NCBI RefSeq assembly: GCF_036321535.1
Contig: NC_087436.1
Location: 8,246,001-8,310,000, forward strand
Direction: 5' to 3'
Source of the DNA: Camelus dromedarius
Taxonomy: Eukaryota
DNA length: 64,000 nucleotides
Positions 52,597 to 64,000 of this stretch are shown piece by piece (the first letter of the stretch is position 1; every line of letters starts with the position of its first letter). The position numbers and the translations under genes were made by a program. The notes under the pieces are model-generated. The model saw only the letters and a list, made by a program, of their open reading frames with translations. It did no database searches and was not told the origin of the DNA.

Positions 52597-54644
52597 GACC
52601 CTGCTTCTGTTCTCTGGGAAGAACCCCTTTTCCCACTGTCATCCACGACCTCTTAGAGGTCTTCCTGGCCATTTCTTTCTTTTGATCTTAGTGGATGCTG
52701 GAGAACTCTCCTTTAGGATGTACTTTTCATCGCCTGTGACTTCTGATGCATGCTTGGGAGCCTGGACCCTTTTACTCAGACCAGGCTTGGAGTCATTAAC
52801 CATTATATAAAAAAAAATTATCTAAGAAAAAAAAATAATATGTTTCTGGTAGCATGGATTAGTAACAAACACATTGTTCTTTTTTTGGACAAAGTTCTTA
52901 AGTCTGCCTTATAAAGTGCCTTAAATCTATCATTTCCCCCCTTATTTTATTGGTAGTTGCAATAAAATTACCTGAAGTAATAGGCTAGAGTTAGAAGAGC
53001 ATCTTTTTAATATGATCTGTGCTGCAGGGTTGGCATTTATTTTAAACGAGAGCTCTTCGTATGAGGCCCTCGAGGATGCCAGGAGGAACAGTGTGATACT
53101 CAGTTTCGATATTATTATTAATGTTTGACAAATTACTCCAGAACTGGGAAAGAATAACTTCTACTGTCCTAAGCCAGTAAATTTGTGGAAATTTGTTATA
53201 GCAGAAATAGGAAACAGATGCACGAAGCACTTGCTCGGTGGCCAGGTCAAGGAGGTTTTCAGACCCCACCAGCTGACTCTGTTGTTGCTGTGGACCAGGA
53301 ACTGTTTTGTGATTTCAATTCCCCCTTTTGCCAATCCTTTTGTTTTCATTATCATGTTCTCTCCACGTCAAAAAAAAATTTTTTTAAGTTAGATTTAAGG
53401 CTGTGATTTTTCTTTTCTCATACTGGCCTTGTCTGGCTTTACTATCCAGATTATTCCAACTGAATTAGCATAGAAGGAATAATTCCCTTTTTGTCTTTTC
53501 TCTATCAGTGTTTAATCCTTTGGCTGTTGGAACTGTCTTGTAAAACTGTCTGGATCTGGTGTTTTCTGTGTAAGAGGACTTCACAGGATTTGCTCAGTTA
53601 CTAAAATAGTTAAGGGACTAATTTAGTCCTTAAGTTTTGTCTCTCTGCCTCATACATTCAACTTCAGGATGTTGGGGCTGAGATTCCACAAGGCACATAT
53701 TTGCTTTGAAAGTGTGCTAATGTCCTAGTCTCTGCCACGAGGGGGCACTAGAGAGTCTGCAGGAGGAACAGATTTCATCTCTAGTGTCTGCCCTTCCTGT
53801 CAACTCTTCCATCAGTGGTGTCCCAGCCTCCCTCCTTGACTTCAGCACTGGCATTTCATCAGTTTGTGGTTCAGTTTGTGGTTTTCCAACATTTGCAGAA
53901 TCAGCTTGATGTCTCAACATCAATTACATTCTCTTCTAGGACACAGAGTCTTCCATTGTGTTCCAAGGGACCACGGGAATTTTGGGGTTGATACACTCAG
54001 AGTCGCTACCAAAGATGAAAAAAAAAAAAGGTAATTGCACTCTAATTCTATTTGAAACATTTCAGGGAATTTCTGGCTATCCCTCTTTGGTCACAACCAA
54101 GTATTTGACCACTCGCTGTGTTTTCATGTCCCGGTATGGGAGAAAGTCATGCTGAACTAACTCTACTGACTACATTTAATCCCTGTTACACAATTAATCA
54201 CTTCTACTCCATCTGCTCTTTCCAAATATATGAAGTATACTCATGATAGTCAAGATATTTTCATTAATATCTGTCTTTACTGTTAAGATACAGGTACATG
54301 AAGGGCAGAAACCAAATCTATTTTGCCCTTTATTGTGTTCCCATTGCCTGGCATGCTTCCAGACTAGAGACTCATGTTGAATTATTGAGAAAAAAGTAAT
54401 TGTCTTTCCTCATTCATTTTATATTAAAAACTTGATTCCAAGTGGTATTATGTATTATCAAATAAATGCATTCCGTAGCTGGAAATTGCGACTTGACCTA
54501 ATGATGCTTTGTTCAACTATTTCTCTCCTTCTATTCTTTGTGCAACAATGAGAAACAAATACTTTTAGCCTCATTCTTCACTTTGCAGGTCAGAAGGGCT
54601 AATCCTGCTACATGTGGCATCAGTTTAAAACATTGCTAATGGAA

Positions 54645-54990
54645 AATTCATCCAAACAAAGAGTAGAGTGGAGGTTGCCAGAGGCTAGGGGTAGGGGGAA
54701 ATGGGTGATGGTGGTCAAAGGGTATGTTAAAAGGTGAATAAGTCCCGAGGCTCTCATTTACAGCAAGGTGACTACAGTTAACAACACTGTATTATATACT
54801 TACAGGTTGCTAAGAAAGAAGATCTTAAATGTTCTTATCACAAAGAAGTAACTATATGCGGTGATGAATGTGTTACTTAACCTTATTGCGGTAATCATTT
54901 TGCAAGATATAAAGATATCAACTTACTGCATTTTACACCTTAAACTTGCACAAGTTTTATGTCGATTATATCTCAATAAAGCTGGAAGAA
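54645..54990 (+). mobile_element. L1MA-like 3' fragment
   Basis: gagtagagtggaggttgccagagg...tatatctcaataaagctgg. Confidence 0.85.
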
Positions 54991-57029
54991 ATTCCTAATG
55001 GAATGTTGTTTCAAGAGTTGCCATAAACTCATTTTCACGATCAAGACCTGAGTAAAAAGTTAATATATTCCCAAAACTCATTGCGATTATCTTAAGTCAC
55101 CTAGGTTTTATAACTGGCAAAGTCTAGGAAATCACCTGGGAAGAAAACCATGCACCTAGTAGTTTCTTAATTTAACAATGGTTATCGGTTATTGTATCCA
55201 AGTACAGCATGGTGTCCCAAACTCAGATTGTTCTCAGGTCCAGCCTCATTTCTGTAAAGAACTCGGAGGAGCAGGCAGAGGGACTGGGAAGGCAGAGAGA
55301 GAGGACCAGAGTTGAGATTTTCTTTTTTTGGTTGTTTTTTAAAAATGCTGATAGCACCGCAAATTCTCTAAAGTCTTTGCAAATAAAACAGCTTTGTTTT
55401 TAACTAACATAATGGCTTAGAGCAGAGGGGAAGGGATTCTGTTCCTATCAGTGAAGCAGATTCCCAGGAGCCTGATGTTGATCTAATTGCACTTTAGTGG
55501 ACATCATCCGGCATCACCGGCACTGCCCTGGCACCGGCAGCAGAAACAGCACAGCAAGCGCTGCAGACAGTTTGGAACGTCTTTAGCCTGCTGAATATTA
55601 GCTAGGGAGTTGGCTGGCTTTTAGAGTGAATTTCATCAAAGATAACCGGAGTCAAAGCAGAAGACAAGGTAAAAGGTGATGACTGTGTTAGTTAACAGCT
55701 GTGTTGTGATCAGAGGACCTCAACCCCTGAGGATCTGAAGGACTATGTAGGCAGAGGCTTTGAAAGGCTCCTTCAGATGGAGACACATATCTTCTCTTAG
55801 TCACTGAAGTTGTGACACTGCCTTTACATCCAGTTCCTAAAAAAATAGGTCCCTTATGCAATATGTGCCGACTATGTCAGAGATATACAAAAAGATATAC
55901 AAAGCTATGCACTATGTTGATTCAAAACTAAAATATTATATGCCACATCAGAAACTGACACATTGTGACTGACTGTACTTCATTAAAAAATATATATATA
56001 TACTTTGAAACTACAAAAGAAAAATTTATAAAATTGATGATCTCTTCAAACATAGCATAAATTTAAATAATGTTTAAGTGTGAGATTATAAATATGTTCT
56101 GAAATCATAGTTAAATTAAGCTAGACATCAATAGTACAGATATAACTTTCTTTTCAAAATTAACAAATATATTTTCCAATTAAAAAGCAAAATAAAAGTT
56201 TCACTTTTGCTTCTCGATTTAGACGTTACATGGGAATTATAGAATGTAACCTTAGTTAATGTCATGTATCTGTCCTAAAGGTTGGCATAGGATGCAGTTC
56301 AAGAAAGTGTGTGTTCATTTATGGAAACTGCTCCTTTTTATGATTAAGTAGATAGAGTGGAAGAGGAATCAGAAAATCCCAGATTTTATGAGTCTCTGAG
56401 ATGCAAAAGTGTTCAAAAAAAACACCAAGCTGTCCTATATTTGATGTATTTTCCTTTGGGGCTTGAGTAATAAACATAGATATATGGATGGAAGAATTTT
56501 ACATCAAATTTTAATGAAAGGTTAATCACTTCAGCATCAATAAGTCATTTACTAGGAAAGACATTCTAATTCATAACTGTAAGTTTTGATATGTGTTTCC
56601 ATTTACTAAGATGAAAGGAGAGAGAAAAAAATGAAAATAACCAAACTTAAAATATAGCTATTAACAGCTTGATGTTTCTTGATGCTAATAGATTCTTGTC
56701 AAAATAGAGGTTGACTTAAGATGACCTTGGTTGGATTAGACTAGTACTGAAATTCAATTAACTGCTGCATTAGGGTAGTAATGAGCACACTTTATTGCAG
56801 ATTAGTAACATCCAGAGGAGACAAAGCCCAAGGGTACAAGTTGTTAGGTATGCCACAGAGGTGGCAGAAAAAAAAAAAAGAATCAAAGTATATGCAGGCA
56901 AATGGAAACTTAATATGATGCATTGCTTCTAATATTATAATGAGCTAGACAAAAGTCTCTTGATTCTTTAAGGGAAACCTCAGAGCAGCAAGTGCCTAAG
57001 GAAAGTTGCTAATAGTTTCTCTACAATTA

Positions 57030-58543
57030 TGTAAGGCCAACTCTGGTAGATTGAAAAAGTAGCCACCATTATGCATGCTTCTTTATGTCTATGCACTTTG
57101 GAGAGTGACTTGGTAGGTCTTTTTTTTTTTTTAAGAGGTAGAGAATCTCGCCGTACTCCTTGACTTTGAGCTGGTATCATGGCTGGCTTTGGCTAAAAGA
57201 GAGGCCAATAATGTCATATGACTTCCTCTTTCAGACTCAGGAGGACTTGCATGTCTCTGCTTGCTTTTTCTTGGACTCCTGAAACCTCCACACTGTTAGA
57301 AAAAGAAAAATCCAACTGTTACTGGAGAGTTCATTCTTGTCTAGTTGCAGAAAGAATTCAGAAATGAGACATGGAGGACAAGAAGGTAAAGTGAGGATTA
57401 AGTGATAGGATGCTCCCAGTGCGAGAGACTCAGGTGAGGAGCTGCCCTGAGTTTTTGTGGCAAGTTGGCTACGCAGAGTGTAAAAATGAATGGGTGAAAA
57501 ATTCATTGAGGAGGAAAGGGTTTGGGGTTGTATTTTCTGATTTTCATCCCAACTCCACCTTCCCAAAGGGAGGAGAGATTTTTTTTTTTGTCCTTATTTA
57601 GGCTGGTTTGGAAGTGTCATGGTGTTGGTGTATGATGGGTTCTTCTTATCTGCAAGGCTGATTTTATTGTAATGAGGGCATGAGGCTAAGGATCTACTAG
57701 GTTGGTTCTAACCAGCTTATGTCTTATCCTCAATGGCTGTGTCATTGTTTTAATGGTTGTGCCCTGTCCCTTCCTCCCTGTCTCACAACCAAGTAAATTG
57801 GAAGCTCTAATTACCTTAATTCAAGAATTCATGAACCAGGCAACATTTTACCTAGAAACTAGACAGGAGCTCCAAGGAGTTGTACAAAATGGAAGGTTTT
57901 TACAGGAAGAAGAGTGGGCAAGGGAGCTATTAACAAAATAAAAGAATTATTTTTAGGCCTGGACATCTTCTTTGGGGATGAGGGTGGAGAGGAAGAAGGG
58001 AAGGGCTAGGGCTTTATCATGCGAATAGCCTCTTCTTCCTCTGGGGATAGAAGGGGCCCTCATGACAGATGACCTCATTGGGGCGGACCACAAAATTCCA
58101 ACTGGTTGGTTAAGGTGGCCTTTCTGGGCAGGTTGAAACTGCAGTTATGTCAGGTATTAAGTCCAGGTTTGCTATCCTGGGCTTTAGCACAAGTGGCACC
58201 ATTTTGGGCTTGTGGGTTCTTTTTCACGACACGAATGCAGCCAGACTAGATTCTGGGAAGATGACAGACTGAATGGAGCAGAGTCAGGGGTCAGTCTGCC
58301 GATCCATCTCAGCCACGACCCGTCAAAGAGCCATGTAAAGAAGCTGAAACTCGTCAGTTTTTGCAGCTACACGCCCTCCCCACCACCTCCCCTCAAGCTG
58401 ACTGCAGCAGGCGTGTGACGCAGGCCAGCCCAGACCTGCCAGGCTCACAGTGACTCAGCGACTCACGAGCTAAATAAGTGTTCATTGTGTTAACCCCTCA
58501 AGTTTTGCACTGGTGTGTTAACATAGCAGCGGTTAACCGATGT
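57030..58543 (+). mobile_element. MLT1-type LTR interrupted by an ERV LTR (~57294-58231, minus), itself interrupted by LTR 57317-57785
   Basis: MLT1 text on both sides; nested TG...CA elements. Confidence 0.7.
57317..57785 (-). mobile_element. Solo ERV LTR, chimeric between two local families
   Basis: TG...CA, perfect CAAC TSD. Confidence 0.85.
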
Positions 58544-58829
58544 CCCACTGATTATAGTGTGGATGATATTGGGTGGGGAAGATGTAACACTCATTGTTTA
58601 ATACATCGTTGTGTTTTGTTTTCTTACTACTACTAAGAAAACAGCCTCCAACCCTATTTTATATGCACGTGTGTATATAAAGAAGCATAAATGTGTACTA
58701 CTTCTTACCCGATGTCTACGTGAAGTTTTGGCAGGGTTATGATTGGCACAAGTGATATTAATAGTTAGTAGTTAGCAGGAGTGAATAGAGTTAGGTGATT
58801 GACTGTTACATTAAAATTTAGTGTTTGTA

Positions 58830-59290
58830 TCTGGGACTCCCCAAATCTTAATTTCTCCCTCCCAGCCCCTTTTCCCCCAGTAACCGTTTGTTTTCTATGC
58901 CTGTGAGCCTGTTTCTGTTTTGTAAGTAAGTTAATTTGTGTCTTTTTTTGTTTTTATATTCCACATATAAGTGTCATCATATGGTATTTGTCTTACTCAG
59001 TTTGACTGACTTCACTTAGTATGATCATCTGTAGGTCCATCCATGTTGCTGCAAATGGCCTTATTTCATTCCTTTTTTTATGATAAGCAACAAGATCCCA
59101 CCATATAGCACAGGGAACTATATTCAATAGTTCATAATAACCTATAATGAAAAAAGAATCTGAAAAAGAACCTATGTATGTATAACTGAATCACCACATT
59201 GTACACCAGAAACTAACACAACATATTAAATCAACTACACTTCAATAAAAAAATTAAAAACAAGAACAAAACAAAACAAACAAAAAAAAC
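58830..59290. mobile_element. 5'-inverted (twin-primed) L1 3' fragment
   Basis: minus L1 piece to ~59080 then plus L1 tail with (AAAAC)n; degenerate TSD tgt.tgtat.t.ggga. Confidence 0.8.
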
Positions 59291-60059
59291 TATGTGTATG
59301 TTGGGAAACCAGGTGAGACATTTAATTTATTTCACCTTCCTGTCAGTTGAGATAGAAATATAGCATGAACTTTTGCTTCTCGCTTTTTCTCACAATCGAG
59401 ATTAAAAATCCACCATCTAGATTAAGAAACTGAAACCCGTAGGCAGTAGCATTTTCTGAGCTTTGGAAAACTGTCTCTTCCATGTCCCTTGGCCAACTGC
59501 ATTTCAGAACCTTATTATCACACAGCACAGACATGCTTCAGTGGTTTTTCTAAACCAAACCATTTTCCTTTTAAGCCAGGGTTTACCCAGCCTAAACCAA
59601 ATTTCATTTTTCATTTATTATCCTTCAAAGATGGCTTTATAGCATCTCCTAACATTTGGTCCTGACGTCACAGCATTTCATAGTGTCTTCCTCCTGTCTG
59701 CCACTCCCCATTTATTGCCTATGAAATATAGACCTTAAAGGAAGTACAACACCCGAACGTATATTTTACCTTAAATTTTTTTAATCTGAGGAACAATGAA
59801 CTATATGAATGTGTGTTTCCTCTTTTCCCATAATGCTAAAGACATCAAACATAAATCTAATATTTAAACTTCTACCCAAGAATTTTTTTCTCATTTGTCA
59901 AAATAATGAATTTGGGAAACTCCCATTTTCTTCTTAAAATAAATAGAAACAAGAAATGTAATCAAAAAAATTTTAAAATAGAAGATATGAGGTGATTAAA
60001 AATATATATATTGTAGTCAGGGAGACATATCAGTTTCAGATGAGAAAGAAAATGCTAGT

Positions 60060-60267
60060 TTAGTGGAAGGGGAACAAGGGTCCCAGATACATCTGTGTAC
60101 CTGAAAGGGTGTCTAGATGTTGCCCTGATGGGCAATGGTTTGAATCTGCCCCTTGGAACTCAGGGAGGTGTAAGAGGTTGGAGCCTTCATCCTGCAAATC
60201 AGAATCTGGGGACACCACAGAAAGGCTTTGTGACCAGGAGGGCACACAGGGTCTTACTTAGGTCCAA
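60060..60267 (-). mobile_element. Partial LTR (8672/49130 family)
   Basis: shares ttggaactcaggga.gg and cacagggtctt. Confidence 0.65.
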
Positions 60268-60589
60268 AGTTATTGAACAGAGTGCAATAAATATGGAATA
60301 TATTTCAGGTATATGAAAGTAATAAGCTTAGTGCTGGGGGCTCCAAGAAACCAGGGACCTTACAAAACAGTGAGTGGTGAAAGAAAAGAATGAACGGAGG
60401 TGAATAATCTATAGCGTTGGAGCCAATATTGAAACTATGAAATGGAGTCAAAACTCAGACATTTACAAGATGAATGATCTCTTGCTTATTACTAACGTGC
60501 CTGCGTTTTCTCATTTGCAAGTAATAGTTTTAGGGTTGTTATAAAGATCGAGTTAATATTTTATTTTAGAGAGTATTTCATTTTCTAAA

Positions 60590-61030
60590 ATCCTTCTTTC
60601 CTCACATTCTTTTTACATTCACCTCACCATCTCATTGCACTTGGACCCTCTGTCTTGCAACAGTCCTTCAAAAGATTCCCTGGTCTAGTCTCTCAGTGGA
60701 TTCATGTCTCTTCAAATGCCAACTCCTCAGAGTCTCTGGGGAGCATGGGGGCGTTGGTCATCACTGTGTCTAAAATAGAACCCCCTCTCATTCAGCATGT
60801 TGTCTCTTCTCACTCCACTTTGCCCTTCCTCATAGTTGTCATCAACACCTGACATCATAGTCTGCATTTACTTGTTTCTTCCTTTCCTTCAACTAGAATA
60901 TGGTAAGTTATGTAAGGGTCAAGACTTTGACTTTTGTTGTTGGTGTTCACTGATCTAACCCTCTACCTGGTGAACAGGTGACTTACAGTGGTCTCTCACT
61001 AAATATTTGTTCAGTACATATTGAGTAAAA
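60590..61030 (+). mobile_element. L2 3' fragment
   Basis: tcttcaaatgccaactcctcagag...ctagaata...taaatatttgtt. Confidence 0.65.
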
Positions 61031-61047
61031 TAAATAATTTTTACAGA

Positions 61048-61490
61048 TGTTGTGGGAGAATAGGTTCTTGCCTTGCTCAAGAAAGAATTCAAGAACAAAG
61101 CATGGTGAAGTAAAAGCAAGTTTATTTAGAGAGATACACACTCCACAGGCAGAATGAGGGCCAACTCAGAAGGCGAGAGACAGTGACCACAAGGTGTGGA
61201 GCCATTAGGTTTTATTGGTTCTGTAATTGCATATGCTAATGAGTAGGAGGATTATTCCAACTACTTTGGGGAAGGGGTGAGGATTTCCAGGAAATGTGCC
61301 CCTCCACTTATTTTTGGACCTTTTATGGTCAACCTACAGGCACTGTCATGGCACCTGTGGATGTGCCATGAGGCTCAAGGTCTACTGAAAGTTGAATCTT
61401 CTGCCATCTTGGTTTCAGCCTGTCTGTCCTGTCCTCAATGGCTGTGTCATTCCTTCGATGGTTGTGCCCTCCCCCTTTCCTCCCAATTCA
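61048..61490 (-). mobile_element. Solo ERV1-type LTR
   Basis: TG...CA, perfect CAGA TSD; family of 1632-2839. Confidence 0.9.
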
Positions 61491-62974
61491 CAGAGACTTC
61501 TGTGCATTCTCTCAAGACAAAATTTTTGGAAAGCCCGGTGACAAGATTTCTTTAGGATGCACAAGTCATATTTAAATATGACTCTAGTACCTATGGGAAA
61601 AGTAGATATTTTATTTACTTTTTTGTTTTCAATAAAGGATAGAAACGGCAGCATGGTGATGCCTTTTACTTTTTTCATGTAATTAAATTATCAAAATACA
61701 GCCTATTTTTGCCTATAATTCATACTTCCTATTTCTTCAAAACAATTTTCCTTAATAGAGTAGTTTGGAAATATTCATCTATTGTCTTTCAATTAAGTAA
61801 TATTTTTGAATTCTTTATGCAGCACAAATATCAGCTCTATTTTTTGCTTGATAACTATCTGTGATGGATAGCTAATGGATGCCTATATTTCAAAATTGAG
61901 CAATGTTTCTGATTTGGAATATAAAGGTAAAGTTAATTCCCATGATTAAACCCAGTTGCTCACTGTTCAAAGAAAACATTCTTTGTGTTTTAGACCTGGA
62001 GGAGGGGAACAGTAACCAATGAGGGAGCTTCAGGAAAGTCAGCTTGAATGGTTCTTCCCCATTTATCCTATGGAATAAAAGCCTTACTTTTATTGAAGGA
62101 AGGTAACAAACCCGGTGGTCCTTAGGGCTCTGTGCAGCTGGGGCAAAGAGCTGTCTAAAATATCAAACATTGAACTTGTAGGAGAGAGGCAGGGATGTGC
62201 ACTACAGCTAGAAATACCATCTGAGAGGGCCAAGACGGCTAGGGGACCACCATCCATAAGACCAGGGACTCCATGCCTGCCTATGATGTAACTTGCTCAG
62301 AAAAACAGAGAATTCCTCCACCACTGCCCTCCATCAAAAAACACTGAATAACAAGGAAGGGTAGAACATTGCTGCGAAAGGGACAGGAGGAGGACAAGGA
62401 TGTGGGGTGGGACCTTTTCGGTGGCACCACAGGAACAGGAAAACCTAAGCTGAGGATATCAGAGCCAATATGCAAGAAGAAATGTGACAGGACTCAGGGA
62501 ATGGGACTCATGGAAAGTAATATCATGTATAGTAAAATAAGTAGAAACTGAGTATATACCCAACACACACACACACACACAGAGGTGGTCCATACCTATA
62601 GGTATAGGTAGAAAAATTAACAGACTTTTTTTTTTCTTTAACCTGGGGAAAAATATTTGGGTAATTGGGATATCTTATGTATTCAGAGGCTAATTTTCTT
62701 TATGACCCTGACTTCTATCAGAACAGCTCTGGTTACTTACTGAGTAGATAAGCATGTGAAAAATGTTCCCTTGTACTTTCAAAGACCGAAGTTTTGAGCA
62801 ACTGTAGTGAAGACAGAGCATCAGTCCACACGGCATGCAGTGTTTAATCAGGTTATAAGCCATCCCCACTGACTGCAGCCTGGTTTGAGTTAAAGGCAAG
62901 ACTTGGCCACGTTCATCTCCCAGGTTGGCAGCTCCACTGACTCTCTGACTGCCGTGTTGTGAAGTCCCTTGTGC

Positions 62975-63509
62975 TGTGCTAGAGAAGAACAAATCTGACT
63001 CCACATTAGATCTGTTCCTCTGGCTCTCACCCTGGGCTCTGTTTCCTGGGCTCAGTCACGCTGGTTCTGCACCTTTTGTAAAAGAATGTTGCCTGGAGCC
63101 TGAAATAGACAGGACAACCCATCCTCAAGGCTCTGACCTTTAAGGATATTAACACTTTTCCATTCATATAAAGATAATAAACTGCAGAATAGAAAGTAAC
63201 ACTTGTTTCCTTGGTGGTTTACAGGGACATCATGACCTGACCCACGTGAACTGTTACAAGAACAAAGGATTTCAAGAACAAAGGAGTCTGACACCAAGAA
63301 GTCTGCAACAACCAAGCGTACCTTCTCCCCTTTTTAGTATGAAAAGGGCCTGAATTGTGATTCAGGGAACATGGTTCTCTGAGACATTAGTCTGCCATCT
63401 TCTCACTCTGCTGTCTTTCAGAATAAGGTTACTATTCCTTGCCCCAACAACTCATCTCAGTGTACTGGCCTGTCCTGCAGTGAGCAGTATGAGCTTGGAC
63501 TTGGTAATA
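62975..63509 (+). mobile_element. Solo ERV1-type LTR (27946 family)
   Basis: colinear with 32462-32976. Confidence 0.9.
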
Positions 63510-64000
63510 GAACTCTTATAAATTCAGGCCAGTCTGGTTTCACAGATTTGGACACATAAGTAGCCAAAAGAAAAACTTTTTAGTGGAAAATAAAATATAT
63601 TATTCAACCAAAGACCAAAGATATTAAACATGTTTCAGAAATGCCTAAATGAAATATTTAATTCAGTATCATTGAATGTTAACAGTAATCGTACCATTTG
63701 TCATTTAAAATGTTTTGATCTTGTATAACCATAGTTTTCCTAATGGTCAAATAACACATTTTATTAGACACCTACATGAAAACTATCCAATTTTTGGAAT
63801 TACAGAGTTAAATTTTGTGGTATATTTTAAAATAGTATTTTATATAAAGATAGCTGGCTATAGTTTTTTATTTGACATTATACCATATATAATCAATGAT
63901 GTGCTTTGTAATATTATATACATTTGAAATATTATAGTAGTAACTATCTTTTGAAATGAAGTAAGAGTCTTTATTAATTTAAGAAAATGTCCCTTTTTTA

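Noticed and set aside
1..64000. Prokaryotic-type features (operons, CRISPR arrays, rRNA)
   Set aside because: The sequence is mammalian; no regularly spaced repeat-spacer array or rRNA-like region was seen.

Overview
AT-rich mammalian genomic DNA, very probably camelid (Vic-1-type tRNA-derived SINEs, artiodactyl-type L1 3' ends). There is no intact protein-coding gene, and none of the supplied ORFs is a standalone gene. The window is dense in transposons: about 20 ERV LTR insertions (many with readable target-site duplications, TSDs), one deleted tRNA-Ile-primed provirus, L1/L2/MIR pieces, Tigger, a near full-length Charlie5 and several MITEs. The main result is a decayed 15-exon gene on the minus strand (about 21693 to 1009, possibly running off the window start), rebuilt by hand from splice signals and codon phase. 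Its reconstructed protein has three tandem segments resembling death effector domains (DED), possibly followed by a caspase-like region. It carries 9 premature stops, frameshifts, 2 damaged splice sites and an L1 inserted inside exon 4. I do not recognise the gene. Protein similarities are by-eye comparisons to remembered caspase-8 sequences, and repeat family names are from memory; no searches were run.
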